NCBI GenBank assembly: GCA_964590755.1
Contig: CAZPYK010000001.1
Coordinates: 16,897-80,896, forward strand
DNA: 64,000 bases
DNA from: an uncultured Ruminococcus sp.
GTDB taxonomy: Bacteria; Bacillota; Clostridia; Oscillospirales; CAG-272
Reading direction: 5' to 3'
Part shown: piece after piece, positions 10,099 to 19,278 of the stretch
Position numbering within the stretch: position 1 is the first letter of the stretch
Layout of the letters: each line of letters opens with the position of its first letter
Notes under the pieces: generated by a model
Database searches by the model: none
What the model was told of the DNA's origin: nothing
Seen by the model: only the letters and a program-made list of their open reading frames with translations
Position numbers and translations under genes: made by a program

Positions 10099-10146
10099 AG
10101 GGGCAAAAAAGCCCACCGGCTTTTTCGCCCCTCAAAAATCTTTTTC
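10099..10146 (+). terminator. Rho-independent terminator of the liv operon
   Basis: Stem AGGGGCAAAAAAGCC/GGCTTTTTCGCCCCT with one mismatch, followed by an A/T-rich run ending in TTTTT. Confidence 0.7.
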
Positions 10147-10164
10147 GTACCAAGGAATTGCAAA

Positions 10165-10635
10165 ATGAAACTGATATTTAAGCAAAGATTTTTTTCATGG
10201 TTTGACAGCTATGATATATACGGCGAGGATGGAAATACCGTTTACGTGGTAAAAGGCGAGCTTTCGTGGGGACATTTGCTCAGAATTTATGACGCCGCCG
10301 GAAATGAACTCGGCCATATACACGAGCGAGTGTTTACATGGCTGCCAAAATTTGATATGTACCTTGGCGATCGTTATCTCGGCTGCATTAACAAGGAGTT
10401 TTCCTTTTTCAAGCCTAAATTCAATATAGATTGTAACGGCTGGCATATTGAGGGTGATTGGCTTGAGTGGGATTACGGTATTCTTAACGCCGCCGGTGTG
10501 CAAATTGCTTCGGTTTCAAAAGAGCTTTGGCGCTTGACGGATACATATGTCATAGATGTAAGCAATCCCTCGGATGCGCTTTGTGTGCTGATGCTCGTCT
10601 TGGCTATAGATGCCGAAAAATGTTCTCGGAACTGA
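10165..10635 (+). CDS. LURP-one-related / tubby C-terminal-like (YxjI, DUF567) protein
   Basis: MKLIFKQRFFSWFDSYDIYGEDGN...V.GELSWGH.L.IYD..GNEL is the typical N-terminus of this family. The ORF-track start at 10072 runs through the liv terminator, so ATG 10165 is preferred. Confidence 0.7.
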   Translation: MKLIFKQRFFSWFDSYDIYGEDGNTVYVVKGELSWGHLLRIYDAAGNELGHIHERVFTWLPKFDMYLGDRYLGCINKEFSFFKPKFNIDCNGWHIEGDWLEWDYGILNAAGVQIASVSKELWRLTDTYVIDVSNPSDALCVLMLVLAIDAEKCSRN

Positions 10636-10732
10636 ATTCGATCGCCACATCGTCGAACGCACTTCGTCATTTTGCATAAAATCAAATCGAATTCGGCGTA
10701 GTTTTTTTCTTCGACATTTTTGTCATTTTCTA

Positions 10733-10761
10733 TTTACAAATCGACCAAAATGTGATATGAT
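10733..10761 (+). promoter_or_regulatory. Candidate promoter of the nucleobase permease gene
   Basis: TTTACA, 17 nt, TATGAT. It predicts a leader of about 210 nt. Confidence 0.45.
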
Positions 10762-10863
10762 TTTATAAACCGGATCAACTGATGTCGGCAGATGCGCGCA
10801 GTTTGAACACAGGAACCTAATAAATCGTATCCAAGACCAGCTTTTGGATATTATTTCTGCGCG

Positions 10864-10895
10864 CCGCTATGCTTTTTGTCATAGCGGTATTTTTC
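10864..10895 (+). terminator. Leader (attenuator) terminator upstream of the permease gene
   Basis: 8-bp stem CCGCTATG/CATAGCGG followed by TATTTTTC, about 85 nt before ATG 10979. GCGCGCAG (10793-10800) can pair with CTGCGCGC (10857-10864). Confidence 0.55.
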
Positions 10896-10978
10896 ATTCG
10901 GCGCCGAAAGACGCCGACGATTGAGCCCGGAAATATAAAACGATGTCCGCAATAAGCGGCATCAAATCGGAGGTTTTT

Positions 10979-12325
10979 ATGAAACTCACTTACGGTGTCC
11001 AAGACAGACCAAAGCTCGGACAAGTCATCGTGTTTGCACTTCAACAGATGCTTGCTATTTTGGCAGCAACGATAGCTGTCCCAACGATCATCGGCAACGA
11101 TATGTCGGCATCGGCAGCTCTGTTCGGTGCGGGAGTCGGAACCCTGGTGTACCTTCTGTTCACCAAATTCAAAAGCCCCGTTTTTCTCGGCTCATCCTTT
11201 GCGTTCATCGGATCGATGTTTGCGGCTTTTGCCGGCGCCGTATCTATGCAAGTCGGTTATTTCGGACTTATAATCGGCGCGACCTTTGCGGGTCTTGTTT
11301 ATGTGATAATTGCCATAGTGGTCAAGTTGGTCGGTGTAAACTGGCTCAACAAGCTTATGCCCGCCGTCGTTATCGGTCCCACCGTCGCGATAATCGGTCT
11401 TTCGCTTGCCGGTAACGCTGTCGGAGATCTTACAGTCGGAAAGGTTTTGGATGCAGACGGTGTCTCCACCGCCAATCCTCATGTTGCTCTCATCTGCGGA
11501 CTTGCCACACTGTTTGTCGTGGTACTTTGCTCCGTATTCGGAAAAAAGACCGCGAAGCTCATTCCTTTCATCTTCGGTATTCTTGCCGGATATGCGGTTG
11601 CAACGATATTCACCGTTATAGGTATCGCCACCGACAACCTTTCTCTGCAGATCATTGATTTTGCCGCTTTTAAAAATATGGATATCGTACACATACCGGA
11701 TTTTACATTTATTGAGGCTTTCAAAGGGCTGTCATCTGTTGACGGGCAGTATATTGCCACTGTAGCCGTTGCGTACATTCCCGTTGCGTTCGTTGTTTTC
11801 GCCGAACATATCGCAGATCACAAAAATCTCTCTTCCATTATCGAGCATGATCTGCTTGAAGATCCGGGTCTTCACAGAACTCTTCTCGGCGACGGTGTTG
11901 GCTCTATCGCGGGTGCGTTCTTCGGCGGTTGTCCGAATACTACATACGGTGAATCGGTTGGCTGCGTCGCAATAACCGGAAACGCTTCGGTAGTAACTAT
12001 ACTTGCCACCGCCATCATGTGCATCGTTATATCCTTCTTCGGTCCGTTCGTTACCTTCCTGGCATCCATCCCCAACTGCGTGATGGGTGGTGTGTGCATA
12101 ACACTTTACGGCTTCATCGCCGTATCGGGCCTTAAGATGATCCAATCCGTGGATCTGGGTGATAACAAAAATCTCTTCACCGTTGCGGTAATACTCATCT
12201 GCGGCATCGGCGGACTTGAAGTCACCTTCGGAAAGGTAACCATCACATCCATCGCTTGTGCTTTGATCCTCGGTATCATCACCAATCTCTTGTGCAACGC
12301 CAAAAAAGAAAATAAAGATAACTGA
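10979..12325 (+). CDS. NCS2-family nucleobase (uracil/xanthine) permease
   Basis: Polytopic protein of about 448 aa with NCS2-like motifs (...FLGSSFAFI..., ...FAEHIADH..., ...PNTTYGESVG...). SD GGAGG lies 6 nt before ATG 10979. Confidence 0.85.
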   Translation: MKLTYGVQDRPKLGQVIVFALQQMLAILAATIAVPTIIGNDMSASAALFGAGVGTLVYLLFTKFKSPVFLGSSFAFIGSMFAAFAGAVSMQVGYFGLIIGATFAGLVYVIIAIVVKLVGVNWLNKLMPAVVIGPTVAIIGLSLAGNAVGDLTVGKVLDADGVSTANPHVALICGLATLFVVVLCSVFGKKTAKLIPFIFGILAGYAVATIFTVIGIATDNLSLQIIDFAAFKNMDIVHIPDFTFIEAFKGLSSVDGQYIATVAVAYIPVAFVVFAEHIADHKNLSSIIEHDLLEDPGLHRTLLGDGVGSIAGAFFGGCPNTTYGESVGCVAITGNASVVTILATAIMCIVISFFGPFVTFLASIPNCVMGGVCITLYGFIAVSGLKMIQSVDLGDNKNLFTVAVILICGIGGLEVTFGKVTITSIACALILGIITNLLCNAKKENKDN

Positions 12326-12351
12326 AACTCCGTAAAAAACGAATAATAAGA

Positions 12352-12385
12352 CGGGCTGTCACATTTGGGACAGCCCGCTCTTTAT
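12352..12385. terminator. Bidirectional terminator between convergent genes
   Basis: 9-bp stem CGGGCTGTC/GACAGCCCG. Confidence 0.6.
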
Positions 12386-12969
12386 ATTCTGCGATATTCC
12401 TCTTTTAAGATGGCACACACACCAACATCATAATAATCATCATCCAGTTTCAGCGCACTGCGCATGATGCCTTCGTATTTCATGCCTATCTTTTCCATGA
12501 CATTGCGCGAAGCGGTATTGCCGTGAATGTATCTTGCTTCGATTCGATTGAGCCCCAACTCTTCAAAGCCGAATCTGACAACGCGCCGAGCAGCCTCGCC
12601 GGCAATTCCCCGCCTTCTGAAATCCGGATTTATCACATAACCTATTTCGGCGGAATTGTTTACATAGTCGAATCTTGTAAATCCGCAAGTTCCTATCATT
12701 TTAGCATCTGCTTCTCCAAACTCCTGCCAGACGATCGCCCAATCGTAAAATTCACCCACGCGATAACGGGTGAGTACATATTCGAGGTATTCTCGTGTGT
12801 ACGCACGGCTTGAATGCGGCTTCCATGTTAAATATTTTGTTACATCGGAACGGCGCGCGTAATCATACATATCAACATAATCCGAAACCTTGAGTCCTCT
12901 GAGAATAAGGCGCGGAGTTGCCAATTGCGGAATGTGAGAAAAGATTCTCAATGCATCCTTTTGTGTCAT
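12382..12969 (-). CDS. GNAT-family N-acetyltransferase (RimJ/RimL-like)
   Basis: Acetyl-CoA motif RRRGIAGEAARRVV, 195 aa. Start chosen at the ATG 6 nt after GGAG. The ORF-track start at 13005 runs through the leader hairpin. Confidence 0.8.
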   Translation of the reverse strand: MTQKDALRIFSHIPQLATPRLILRGLKVSDYVDMYDYARRSDVTKYLTWKPHSSRAYTREYLEYVLTRYRVGEFYDWAIVWQEFGEADAKMIGTCGFTRFDYVNNSAEIGYVINPDFRRRGIAGEAARRVVRFGFEELGLNRIEARYIHGNTASRNVMEKIGMKYEGIMRSALKLDDDYYDVGVCAILKEEYRRI

Positions 12970-13001
12970 ATAAGTCTCCATTCCACCGCCATATCGACGG
13001 C
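12970..13001 (-). repeat. SD-abutting GC hairpin leader module, copy A (GNAT)
   Basis: Sense strand: GCCGTCGATATGGCGGTGGAATGGAGACTTATATG. Confidence 0.8.
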
Positions 13002-13093
13002 TCAAACAGTTAATTTTAATTCATCTGCCGACAAAAAGTAAAAGGCACGTTTTTAAGGTTAATTCAGCCATTGTCAACCGAAATTATGAATAT

Positions 13094-13122
13094 ATTATAC
13101 TACCGTTCTCCGATCAATTCAA
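13094..13122 (-). promoter_or_regulatory. Sigma-A promoter of the GNAT gene
   Basis: On the minus strand: TTGAAT, 17 nt, TATAAT. It predicts a leader of about 117 nt. Confidence 0.65.
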
Positions 13123-13228
13123 GTGCAGAAAAAATATTTCGTGTTTTTTTCATAATAGGACTTTCTTTTATATAAAAAATGTGATATACTCTTTACATGT
13201 ATAAAACAAATAAAAAGGACGGCCAAAC

Positions 13229-14725
13229 ATGCAACTCAGCAAGCTTATTGAAGAAGCGGGGCTTAAAAGATATATAACACAAATCCCCGCTGATATAAAC
13301 ATCACCGGTATATGCAGTAACTCAAAAGAAGCGGGAGTGGGCTCGCTGTTTATTTGTGTTGTCGGATCAAAATGGAATGGGCATCTTTTTGGCGCGGCGG
13401 CATACGATCACGGTTGCCGTGCATTCGTCTGTACGCAGCAGTTGACGCTTCCGGGGGATGCATGCTGTATTTACGTCAACGATGCGCGCAAGGTGACAGC
13501 CGATATAGCCTCGGTTTTTTACGGTCATCCGTCACGCGAACTGAAGATCATCGGGATTACCGGTACCAAGGGTAAAACGACATCGGCACTTATGGCGGCA
13601 CATATATTGAATTATTCCGGAATTTCGACGGGTTACATAGGCACAAGCGGAATAAGCTATAACGGGCAAATATATCCCAGCGTCAACACGACCCCCGACA
13701 GCCTCGTTATACAGCGCGTGATGCGCGATATGGTGAACTCGGGTATTCGAGCACTTGTAATGGAAGTCTCGTCTCAGGGGCTATTTATGAACCGTGTGAG
13801 GGGTATTGAGTTTGACACCGTTTGCTTCACTAATTTTTCGCCCGATCATATAGGCGAGCATGAGCACCCGACACTCGAACATTATGCGGGATGTAAGCGT
13901 AAGCTGTTCAGTGATTATAAGTCGGATTGTGCGGTGTTTAACATCGATGACGCAAAGCACGATTATATGTTGAAGGAATACCACGGAAAAAACAGAATAT
14001 CCTATTCGGCTGTAGACAGAGCGGCAGACCTTTGCCTGCAAAGCCCCGCTCTGACTCGGAAGGCTGACAAGTTGGGAATAAGCGCGACCGTTTTTCATCA
14101 TGACACCGAGCGAGAATTGTATATTCCAATGCCGGGAATTTTCAATTTGATGAACGCACTGTGCGCAATAGCCGCCACGTCTACATTCGGGATCCCCTTT
14201 GATCAAGCTGTGGATTCGTTGGCAACGATAGATATCGCAGGAAGATTCCAAATCGTAGACGCTCTCCCGGGTTCCGGAATAACCTTCGTGGTCGATTATG
14301 CGCATAACGGAGCTTCTCTTGAGTCCGCTTTGCTGGCGTTGCGCAAATATGAGCCTCGCCGGCTGATATGCCTGTTCGGTTCCGTCGGCGGTCGCACGCA
14401 AATACGCCGCAAGGAGCTCGGCGATGTGGCGGCCCAGCTTGCGGATTTCTGTATATTGACCTCGGATAACCCCGATTTCGAAGATCCCAACAGAATAATT
14501 GCCGACATCGCCGCATCCTTTAAGCCCGGAGCTTCCTGCGATTATGTACGAATTCCGGCGCGAGAACAGGCAGTCAAATATGCCATGGAGATAGCACTGC
14601 GTGGTGACATAGTACTTCTTGCCGGCAAAGGAGCCGAGAATTTTCAGCTGATAAGGGGAAAGCGCGAACCGTATTCCGATCGCGATGCGCTGATCGAATT
14701 TGCCGGTGCGGCGTTAGTCAAATAA
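13229..14725 (+). CDS. murE: UDP-N-acetylmuramoyl-L-alanyl-D-glutamate--2,6-diaminopimelate ligase
   Basis: Mur ligase P-loop GITGTKGKTT and C-terminal DNPD/ED motif (TSDNPDFEDP), 498 aa. Confidence 0.88.
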   Translation: MQLSKLIEEAGLKRYITQIPADINITGICSNSKEAGVGSLFICVVGSKWNGHLFGAAAYDHGCRAFVCTQQLTLPGDACCIYVNDARKVTADIASVFYGHPSRELKIIGITGTKGKTTSALMAAHILNYSGISTGYIGTSGISYNGQIYPSVNTTPDSLVIQRVMRDMVNSGIRALVMEVSSQGLFMNRVRGIEFDTVCFTNFSPDHIGEHEHPTLEHYAGCKRKLFSDYKSDCAVFNIDDAKHDYMLKEYHGKNRISYSAVDRAADLCLQSPALTRKADKLGISATVFHHDTERELYIPMPGIFNLMNALCAIAATSTFGIPFDQAVDSLATIDIAGRFQIVDALPGSGITFVVDYAHNGASLESALLALRKYEPRRLICLFGSVGGRTQIRRKELGDVAAQLADFCILTSDNPDFEDPNRIIADIAASFKPGASCDYVRIPAREQAVKYAMEIALRGDIVLLAGKGAENFQLIRGKREPYSDRDALIEFAGAALVK

Positions 14726-14764
14726 ATATTACGATTTATTGTTCAAATGAATTTCGTGTAAAAT

Positions 14765-14812
14765 ACCGACCTCCGATCCACTCGCGCAGAGAAGATCGGA
14801 GGTCGGTTCTTT
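14765..14812. terminator. Bidirectional terminator (murE / transglutaminase-like gene)
   Basis: 14-bp stem ACCGACCTCCGATC/GATCGGAGGTCGGT with T-rich flanks on both strands. Confidence 0.75.
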
Positions 14813-14841
14813 AATTATCGGAGATTAAACTCGGTATTATA

Positions 14842-16245
14842 TTATTTATTATCGCAAGCTGCGGTCTTCCGGGGCAGTTCCTCTGCCGAAATGACTTCAC
14901 GCGAAGCATCGAACTCTCCGAACCACAACGGCGCATCCGAATATTCTATCTCACCGCTTTGATCGTCATAAGGGTCACAGCGCAGATATATACGCGGAGG
15001 ATCGAATTTCTTGGCAAATGCGGTGCAATTAATTTGACGATACGGATCAAGGTTACCGAAATAATGATTCCAAAGCTCGCAGTCACCTTTTCTGAGCGCT
15101 CCTCCGCCGAATGAAGGATCACATGGCAACCATCCATACGGTGCAATGTAAAATTGTGCCCAATCGTGACTTCCGATGCTGTCGGGTTCAACATGGCTTC
15201 CGGATTGCCAACGAGCGGGTACTCCCATTGCGCGACAAAGCGTGATAAACAGCAGTGCCATTACACCGCAGTCACCTCTTCTGTTGAGCATGGCATATCC
15301 CGGAATAAAATCCATATAGAGATATGGACGCATATATGAATATGAAACATGAGTCGTGACATAGTCGTATGCTCGTCTTGCCAATATCAGCGGATCCGTT
15401 GCTCCCGAACGTAATTCTGCAGCCAGCTCGCATATTGCAGGCGTGAAACGGATCTGCGGCAGCTCCTCACAAAGATATTCTTCCATGCCGGAAACCGCCT
15501 TGTATGACGCACTGTAGTCTATAGTCCTATACGGTTCGTATATGTCATATGAGAATTCGATCCAATAATCCGCGCCGAGCTCGTGTGTTGTTTCAATGAA
15601 TGCGGTACGATGCTCGGAATCGGAGATATAGACGGGATGAGACGAGGATATCAGCTTGATATTTGCTTGCTCGGGACATTCCGCCGGATAAGGAAGATGT
15701 ACACGCACAACGCTGCCCGGACGCGAATGCTCGGCATCGGGAGCGACATGCTCGCGAATGCTATACCGATATGCCCTCCCACCCTGCTTTTTCATAATTT
15801 CAAGATTTTCGTGCAATCTTTTACTGAAATACTTTTCCGGATTCTGCTTTTCGCCGCTTTCAAGCTCATCAAGCTGCATGCGGCAACAATTCATAACATT
15901 TCTTGCGGCCGACGCATCAAAATAACGCTCGCCGTGACGACGGATATAATCGGCATATCCCATTTCCGTGAACATGTCAAGATCCGAAGCACTGCATTTG
16001 GGGAATTTTTCTCGTATCAGTGCCAGAATATCATCAAATGACAGCAGCTTGAAATGTGTCATCCCCTCGGCTATCACCGCTTCAAGCTCAAGACGAATGC
16101 GCATACCGGGCGATACATCCCTTTTCAAATATCGCTTTATTGCATCAAGCTCCCCATCAAAATCGCCGGAAAATTTATAAAAATTAATCTCATCCGGTAA
16201 TTCCAACGCCATATATTTGATATTATCTTCATCAAATCTGATCAT
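14842..16245 (-). CDS. Transglutaminase-like (cysteine protease fold) domain protein
   Basis: Cys-His-Asp core: RRGDCGVMALLFITLCRAMGVPARW, SHDWAQFY, LPCDPSFGG. SD AAAGGAG lies 6 nt before ATG 16245. Confidence 0.75.
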   Translation of the reverse strand: MIRFDEDNIKYMALELPDEINFYKFSGDFDGELDAIKRYLKRDVSPGMRIRLELEAVIAEGMTHFKLLSFDDILALIREKFPKCSASDLDMFTEMGYADYIRRHGERYFDASAARNVMNCCRMQLDELESGEKQNPEKYFSKRLHENLEIMKKQGGRAYRYSIREHVAPDAEHSRPGSVVRVHLPYPAECPEQANIKLISSSHPVYISDSEHRTAFIETTHELGADYWIEFSYDIYEPYRTIDYSASYKAVSGMEEYLCEELPQIRFTPAICELAAELRSGATDPLILARRAYDYVTTHVSYSYMRPYLYMDFIPGYAMLNRRGDCGVMALLFITLCRAMGVPARWQSGSHVEPDSIGSHDWAQFYIAPYGWLPCDPSFGGGALRKGDCELWNHYFGNLDPYRQINCTAFAKKFDPPRIYLRCDPYDDQSGEIEYSDAPLWFGEFDASREVISAEELPRKTAACDNK

Positions 16246-16266
16246 ATGCGGCTCCTTTTTCAAGCG

Positions 16267-17712
16267 TTAATCTATGGATGCTTCGGTGTCGGGTGTTACA
16301 TCGTCCGTACCGGTCGTTGTAGGCTTTCCGAGATATTCGGGCAACTTCATGCCCGCCATGTCGAACAGATCGGTAAGCGGAGGCACGGCTTTATAAAGCC
16401 CGGAAATAAATCCTGCTGTACTTCCCTTTCCGTCAGAGTTTCCTTGACCGTTGTCCCATACGGTTACCTTGTCTATCTTTATGCTCTTGACAGCTTCAAC
16501 TTGGATGCGCGTAAGCTCCTCAAGCTTATCGGTCACCATCAGGCGTATTGCGGCATTGGCGTCTCCGCCGGCTGCGGAAACCACCTGCGAAAGACCTTCC
16601 GCTTGCTTTATCAATATTTCTCGCGCGCCCGCCGCCTCAGCCTGCATCTTCATGAGTATTGCATCAGCTTCGCCTCGTGCCTTGCGGCGCATTTGTTCTG
16701 CTTCCGCTTCGGCTTTCAGCTCGGCTTCTTTTTTTGCTATCTCGGCTTTTACAAGGACATCCGCTTCAAGTTTAGCTCTTTCAAGCGCCGCCCTTGCGCT
16801 TTCCGCATCGCGCTGCGCGGCATACGATTCTTCCAGCGCCTTTGCGGATTGAATGTTTTCGGCGGCTACCGCACGTTTATTGGCTTCAGCCTCTCTTTCA
16901 CGCCTTGTTGCATCCGATTCGGCAATTTTTGCTTTAGCCTCGTTTTCTCCCGCAATAGCTTCGGAATTGGCGCGAGAAACATTGATCCTTTGATCCTTTT
17001 CGGCGGCAGATGCACCTATAGCACCGTTTCTGTCCGCTTCGGCGACCGATATTTTCGCATCGTTGATCGCCTTGGCTGCGGCCTCTTTACCCAACGCGGC
17101 TATATATCCGCTTTCGTCGTCGATATCGGTAACGTTAACGTTGATAAGTCGCAGACCTATCTTCTTAAGCTCGGTCTCAACGTTACCTGAAACCGCATCA
17201 AGAAATTTATCGCGGTCTGTGTTGATCTCCTCAATATCCATCGTAGCAATGACAAGACGCAATTGACCGAATATGATATCCTTGGCAAGCTCCTGTATTT
17301 CGGAAAGCTTCAACCCCAATAAACGCTCGGCGGCATTTTGCATAACTCCGACCTCGGTGGATATGCCGACCGTAAAACGAGACGGCACATCAACGCGAAT
17401 GTTCTGGTGCGAGAGCGCGTTTGTCAGATCTACCGGTATTGAAAGCGGCGTCAGATCGAGATAATCATAGGATTGAACTATCGGCACAATAAACGCAGCG
17501 CCGCCGTGTATGCATTTTGCTGAACGCTGTGTACCGTCTCGGTTCGTTCCGACCTTACCGTAGATAACCATGATCTTGTCCGACGGACACTTTTTGTATC
17601 TTGATGCAAACACTACGATAAACGCAAAAAGCACCACCGCGATCGCCATTACGATCATCGGCACGGTCGAGGATATTCCTCCGGTCAGCGATAAAAGAAT
17701 GAAGTGTGTCAT
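16267..17712 (-). CDS. Flotillin (SPFH/Band 7 domain, FloT/YuaG-like)
   Basis: N-terminal TM segment, SPFH domain, and a long Ala/Glu-rich flotillin repeat region (AEAEAEQMRRKARGEADA...), 481 aa. Confidence 0.85.
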   Translation of the reverse strand: MTHFILLSLTGGISSTVPMIVMAIAVVLFAFIVVFASRYKKCPSDKIMVIYGKVGTNRDGTQRSAKCIHGGAAFIVPIVQSYDYLDLTPLSIPVDLTNALSHQNIRVDVPSRFTVGISTEVGVMQNAAERLLGLKLSEIQELAKDIIFGQLRLVIATMDIEEINTDRDKFLDAVSGNVETELKKIGLRLINVNVTDIDDESGYIAALGKEAAAKAINDAKISVAEADRNGAIGASAAEKDQRINVSRANSEAIAGENEAKAKIAESDATRREREAEANKRAVAAENIQSAKALEESYAAQRDAESARAALERAKLEADVLVKAEIAKKEAELKAEAEAEQMRRKARGEADAILMKMQAEAAGAREILIKQAEGLSQVVSAAGGDANAAIRLMVTDKLEELTRIQVEAVKSIKIDKVTVWDNGQGNSDGKGSTAGFISGLYKAVPPLTDLFDMAGMKLPEYLGKPTTTGTDDVTPDTEASID

Positions 17713-17747
17713 TGACTTGTTTTCCTTTCTATCGGTAATTTAATAAT

Positions 17748-18464
17748 TTATTGTTGCTCTTTTGCGCGAGATATTCGCGATGATATCTCGGAAATATACG
17801 AATCCGCATCGGTATCTGCCAGTATCGGCAAATCGGCTGCAACCGAACCGTCGTTGTAATACATAACGATATGACGATATTGAGTTCTTCCTCGGTACAC
17901 CGTCGCGCTTTGCGTTGTGTTTCTGTATTCGACAGACAATAGATCGGCATATTTTAATTCGCAAAAATTGTCACTGACATCGTCATTCAGCAGGCTGACA
18001 CGACGATTTCCGATGCATATGGTATCGTTTTTCAACAAAAATCGTGAAAAGGAGAAAACGGAAGAACGTTCACGTCCGTCGTTGCCTTTTTTGAACATAG
18101 CGGTATTATCGTCAAAATAGTATGTTTCAAATGATATCGGTTCCGAGGAATGCACGGCGGATCCGCTGCCGTAACGAAGCTCGTTTTTATATTTTCGCAC
18201 ATCGGTGCGTATGAATCTGCCGTCGAAGTCCTCTTTGAAGGCAACGCCGAGCTCTGAGGTGCAGGTGTCTATCTCGCCGTCCTTTATACGCATGGCTGAT
18301 ATTACTGTCGCCAGCGCAATTCCGAGCGCAAGTATAGGCAAGCCTATGGGAGCCGAAATGAACACCACCATAATAGCCCCTATGGCTATCAAAACAGCCG
18401 AGATCACTATCGGATAGGTTCGATTGACCTGTTCAAAATATTTTCTGTTACGCCGATAATTCAT
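17748..18464 (-). CDS. Hypothetical membrane protein (two TM segments plus a soluble domain of about 170 aa)
   Basis: ATG 18464 lies 6 nt after GGAG of module copy B. An in-frame GTG at 18548 is an alternative start. I recognise no family. Confidence 0.6.
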   Translation of the reverse strand: MNYRRNRKYFEQVNRTYPIVISAVLIAIGAIMVVFISAPIGLPILALGIALATVISAMRIKDGEIDTCTSELGVAFKEDFDGRFIRTDVRKYKNELRYGSGSAVHSSEPISFETYYFDDNTAMFKKGNDGRERSSVFSFSRFLLKNDTICIGNRRVSLLNDDVSDNFCELKYADLLSVEYRNTTQSATVYRGRTQYRHIVMYYNDGSVAADLPILADTDADSYISEISSRISRAKEQQ

Positions 18465-18497
18465 AAAAATCTCCATTCCGCCGCCATGCGGCGGCAC
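18465..18497 (-). repeat. SD-abutting GC hairpin leader module, copy B
   Basis: Sense strand: GTGCCGCCGCATGGCGGCGGAATGGAGATTTTTATG. Confidence 0.85.
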
Positions 18498-18592
18498 AAA
18501 TTTCTGCGTGAAACAGTTTTTCTCGGTTTTGTTACATTGAACTTTCACGCTAAGACCTCTCTCTGCCGCATATTTGTGCGTCGCAATAAGCT

Positions 18593-19204
18593 TTAATTCT
18601 TTTTGTTATTTGTTCCTATAGGTTCAACGACCAGAACGCCGCTCTCGCTTACAGCCACAACTCGAACATAAGCACCGGTCTTCAAAGTATCGTCCACCGT
18701 TGTTATGGCAGGATACTCGCAAAATTTCTCTTGTATCGTGATCGTTACCTTGCCGGAACCCGAGCCGTTTGCGGGAACAGGTATGTATATTTGGGCCACC
18801 TTGCCTATGGCGTTGGCGATATCCACATTACCGGAGGATTGAAGCATATACACTCCGCGCATGAGAAATGCCATACCTATAAGAGTGGCGATTCCCGCTG
18901 CGACCGCGATCGCTACCGCGACCCAATCCGGCAATGCTGTCTCAAGCAGACCGACACCCAACCACCCGGTGATGCATAGCATTGAAAGTATTCCGCGAAC
19001 CGAAAAGACAGACAGCCCGTCATCTGCCGATACGTCATCCGGCACATCATCAGGTATTCCGTCTCCATCGACATCCTCGGGCGAGTCGTCTCCCACGCCT
19101 ATCAACTGCAGTATTGTTTGCAAAACAAGAATGAGTGTGGACGGAATTGCGATCAGAGCAAATATCTGTTGAGCCAATTCAAGGCCATTCCACCAATTGA
19201 TCAT
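18593..19204 (-). CDS. NfeD-family membrane protein (YuaF-like, flotillin partner)
   Basis: N-terminal TM segments, an acidic linker, and a C-terminal OB-fold segment GKVAQIYIPVPANGSGSGKVTITIQ. It lies upstream of the flotillin gene. Confidence 0.75.
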   Translation of the reverse strand: MINWWNGLELAQQIFALIAIPSTLILVLQTILQLIGVGDDSPEDVDGDGIPDDVPDDVSADDGLSVFSVRGILSMLCITGWLGVGLLETALPDWVAVAIAVAAGIATLIGMAFLMRGVYMLQSSGNVDIANAIGKVAQIYIPVPANGSGSGKVTITIQEKFCEYPAITTVDDTLKTGAYVRVVAVSESGVLVVEPIGTNNKKN

Positions 19205-19236
19205 AATAAGCTCCCCTTCCGCGCCGTCTCGCGGCG
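19205..19236 (-). repeat. SD-abutting GC hairpin leader module, copy N (variant SD GGGGAG)
   Basis: Sense strand: CGCCGCGAGACGGCGCGGAAGGGGAGCTTATTATG. Confidence 0.7.
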
Positions 19237-19278
19237 ACAAAAATAAATTCAGAATAATACAATCTTATCATCTTTTGC

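Noticed and set aside
16246-17190. 314-aa plus-strand ORF opposite the flotillin gene
   Set aside because: It is a shadow ORF of the Ala/Glu-rich flotillin coding region. Its composition is Cys/Arg/Phe/Leu-rich junk with no SD, and the minus-strand product is a clear SPFH/flotillin protein.
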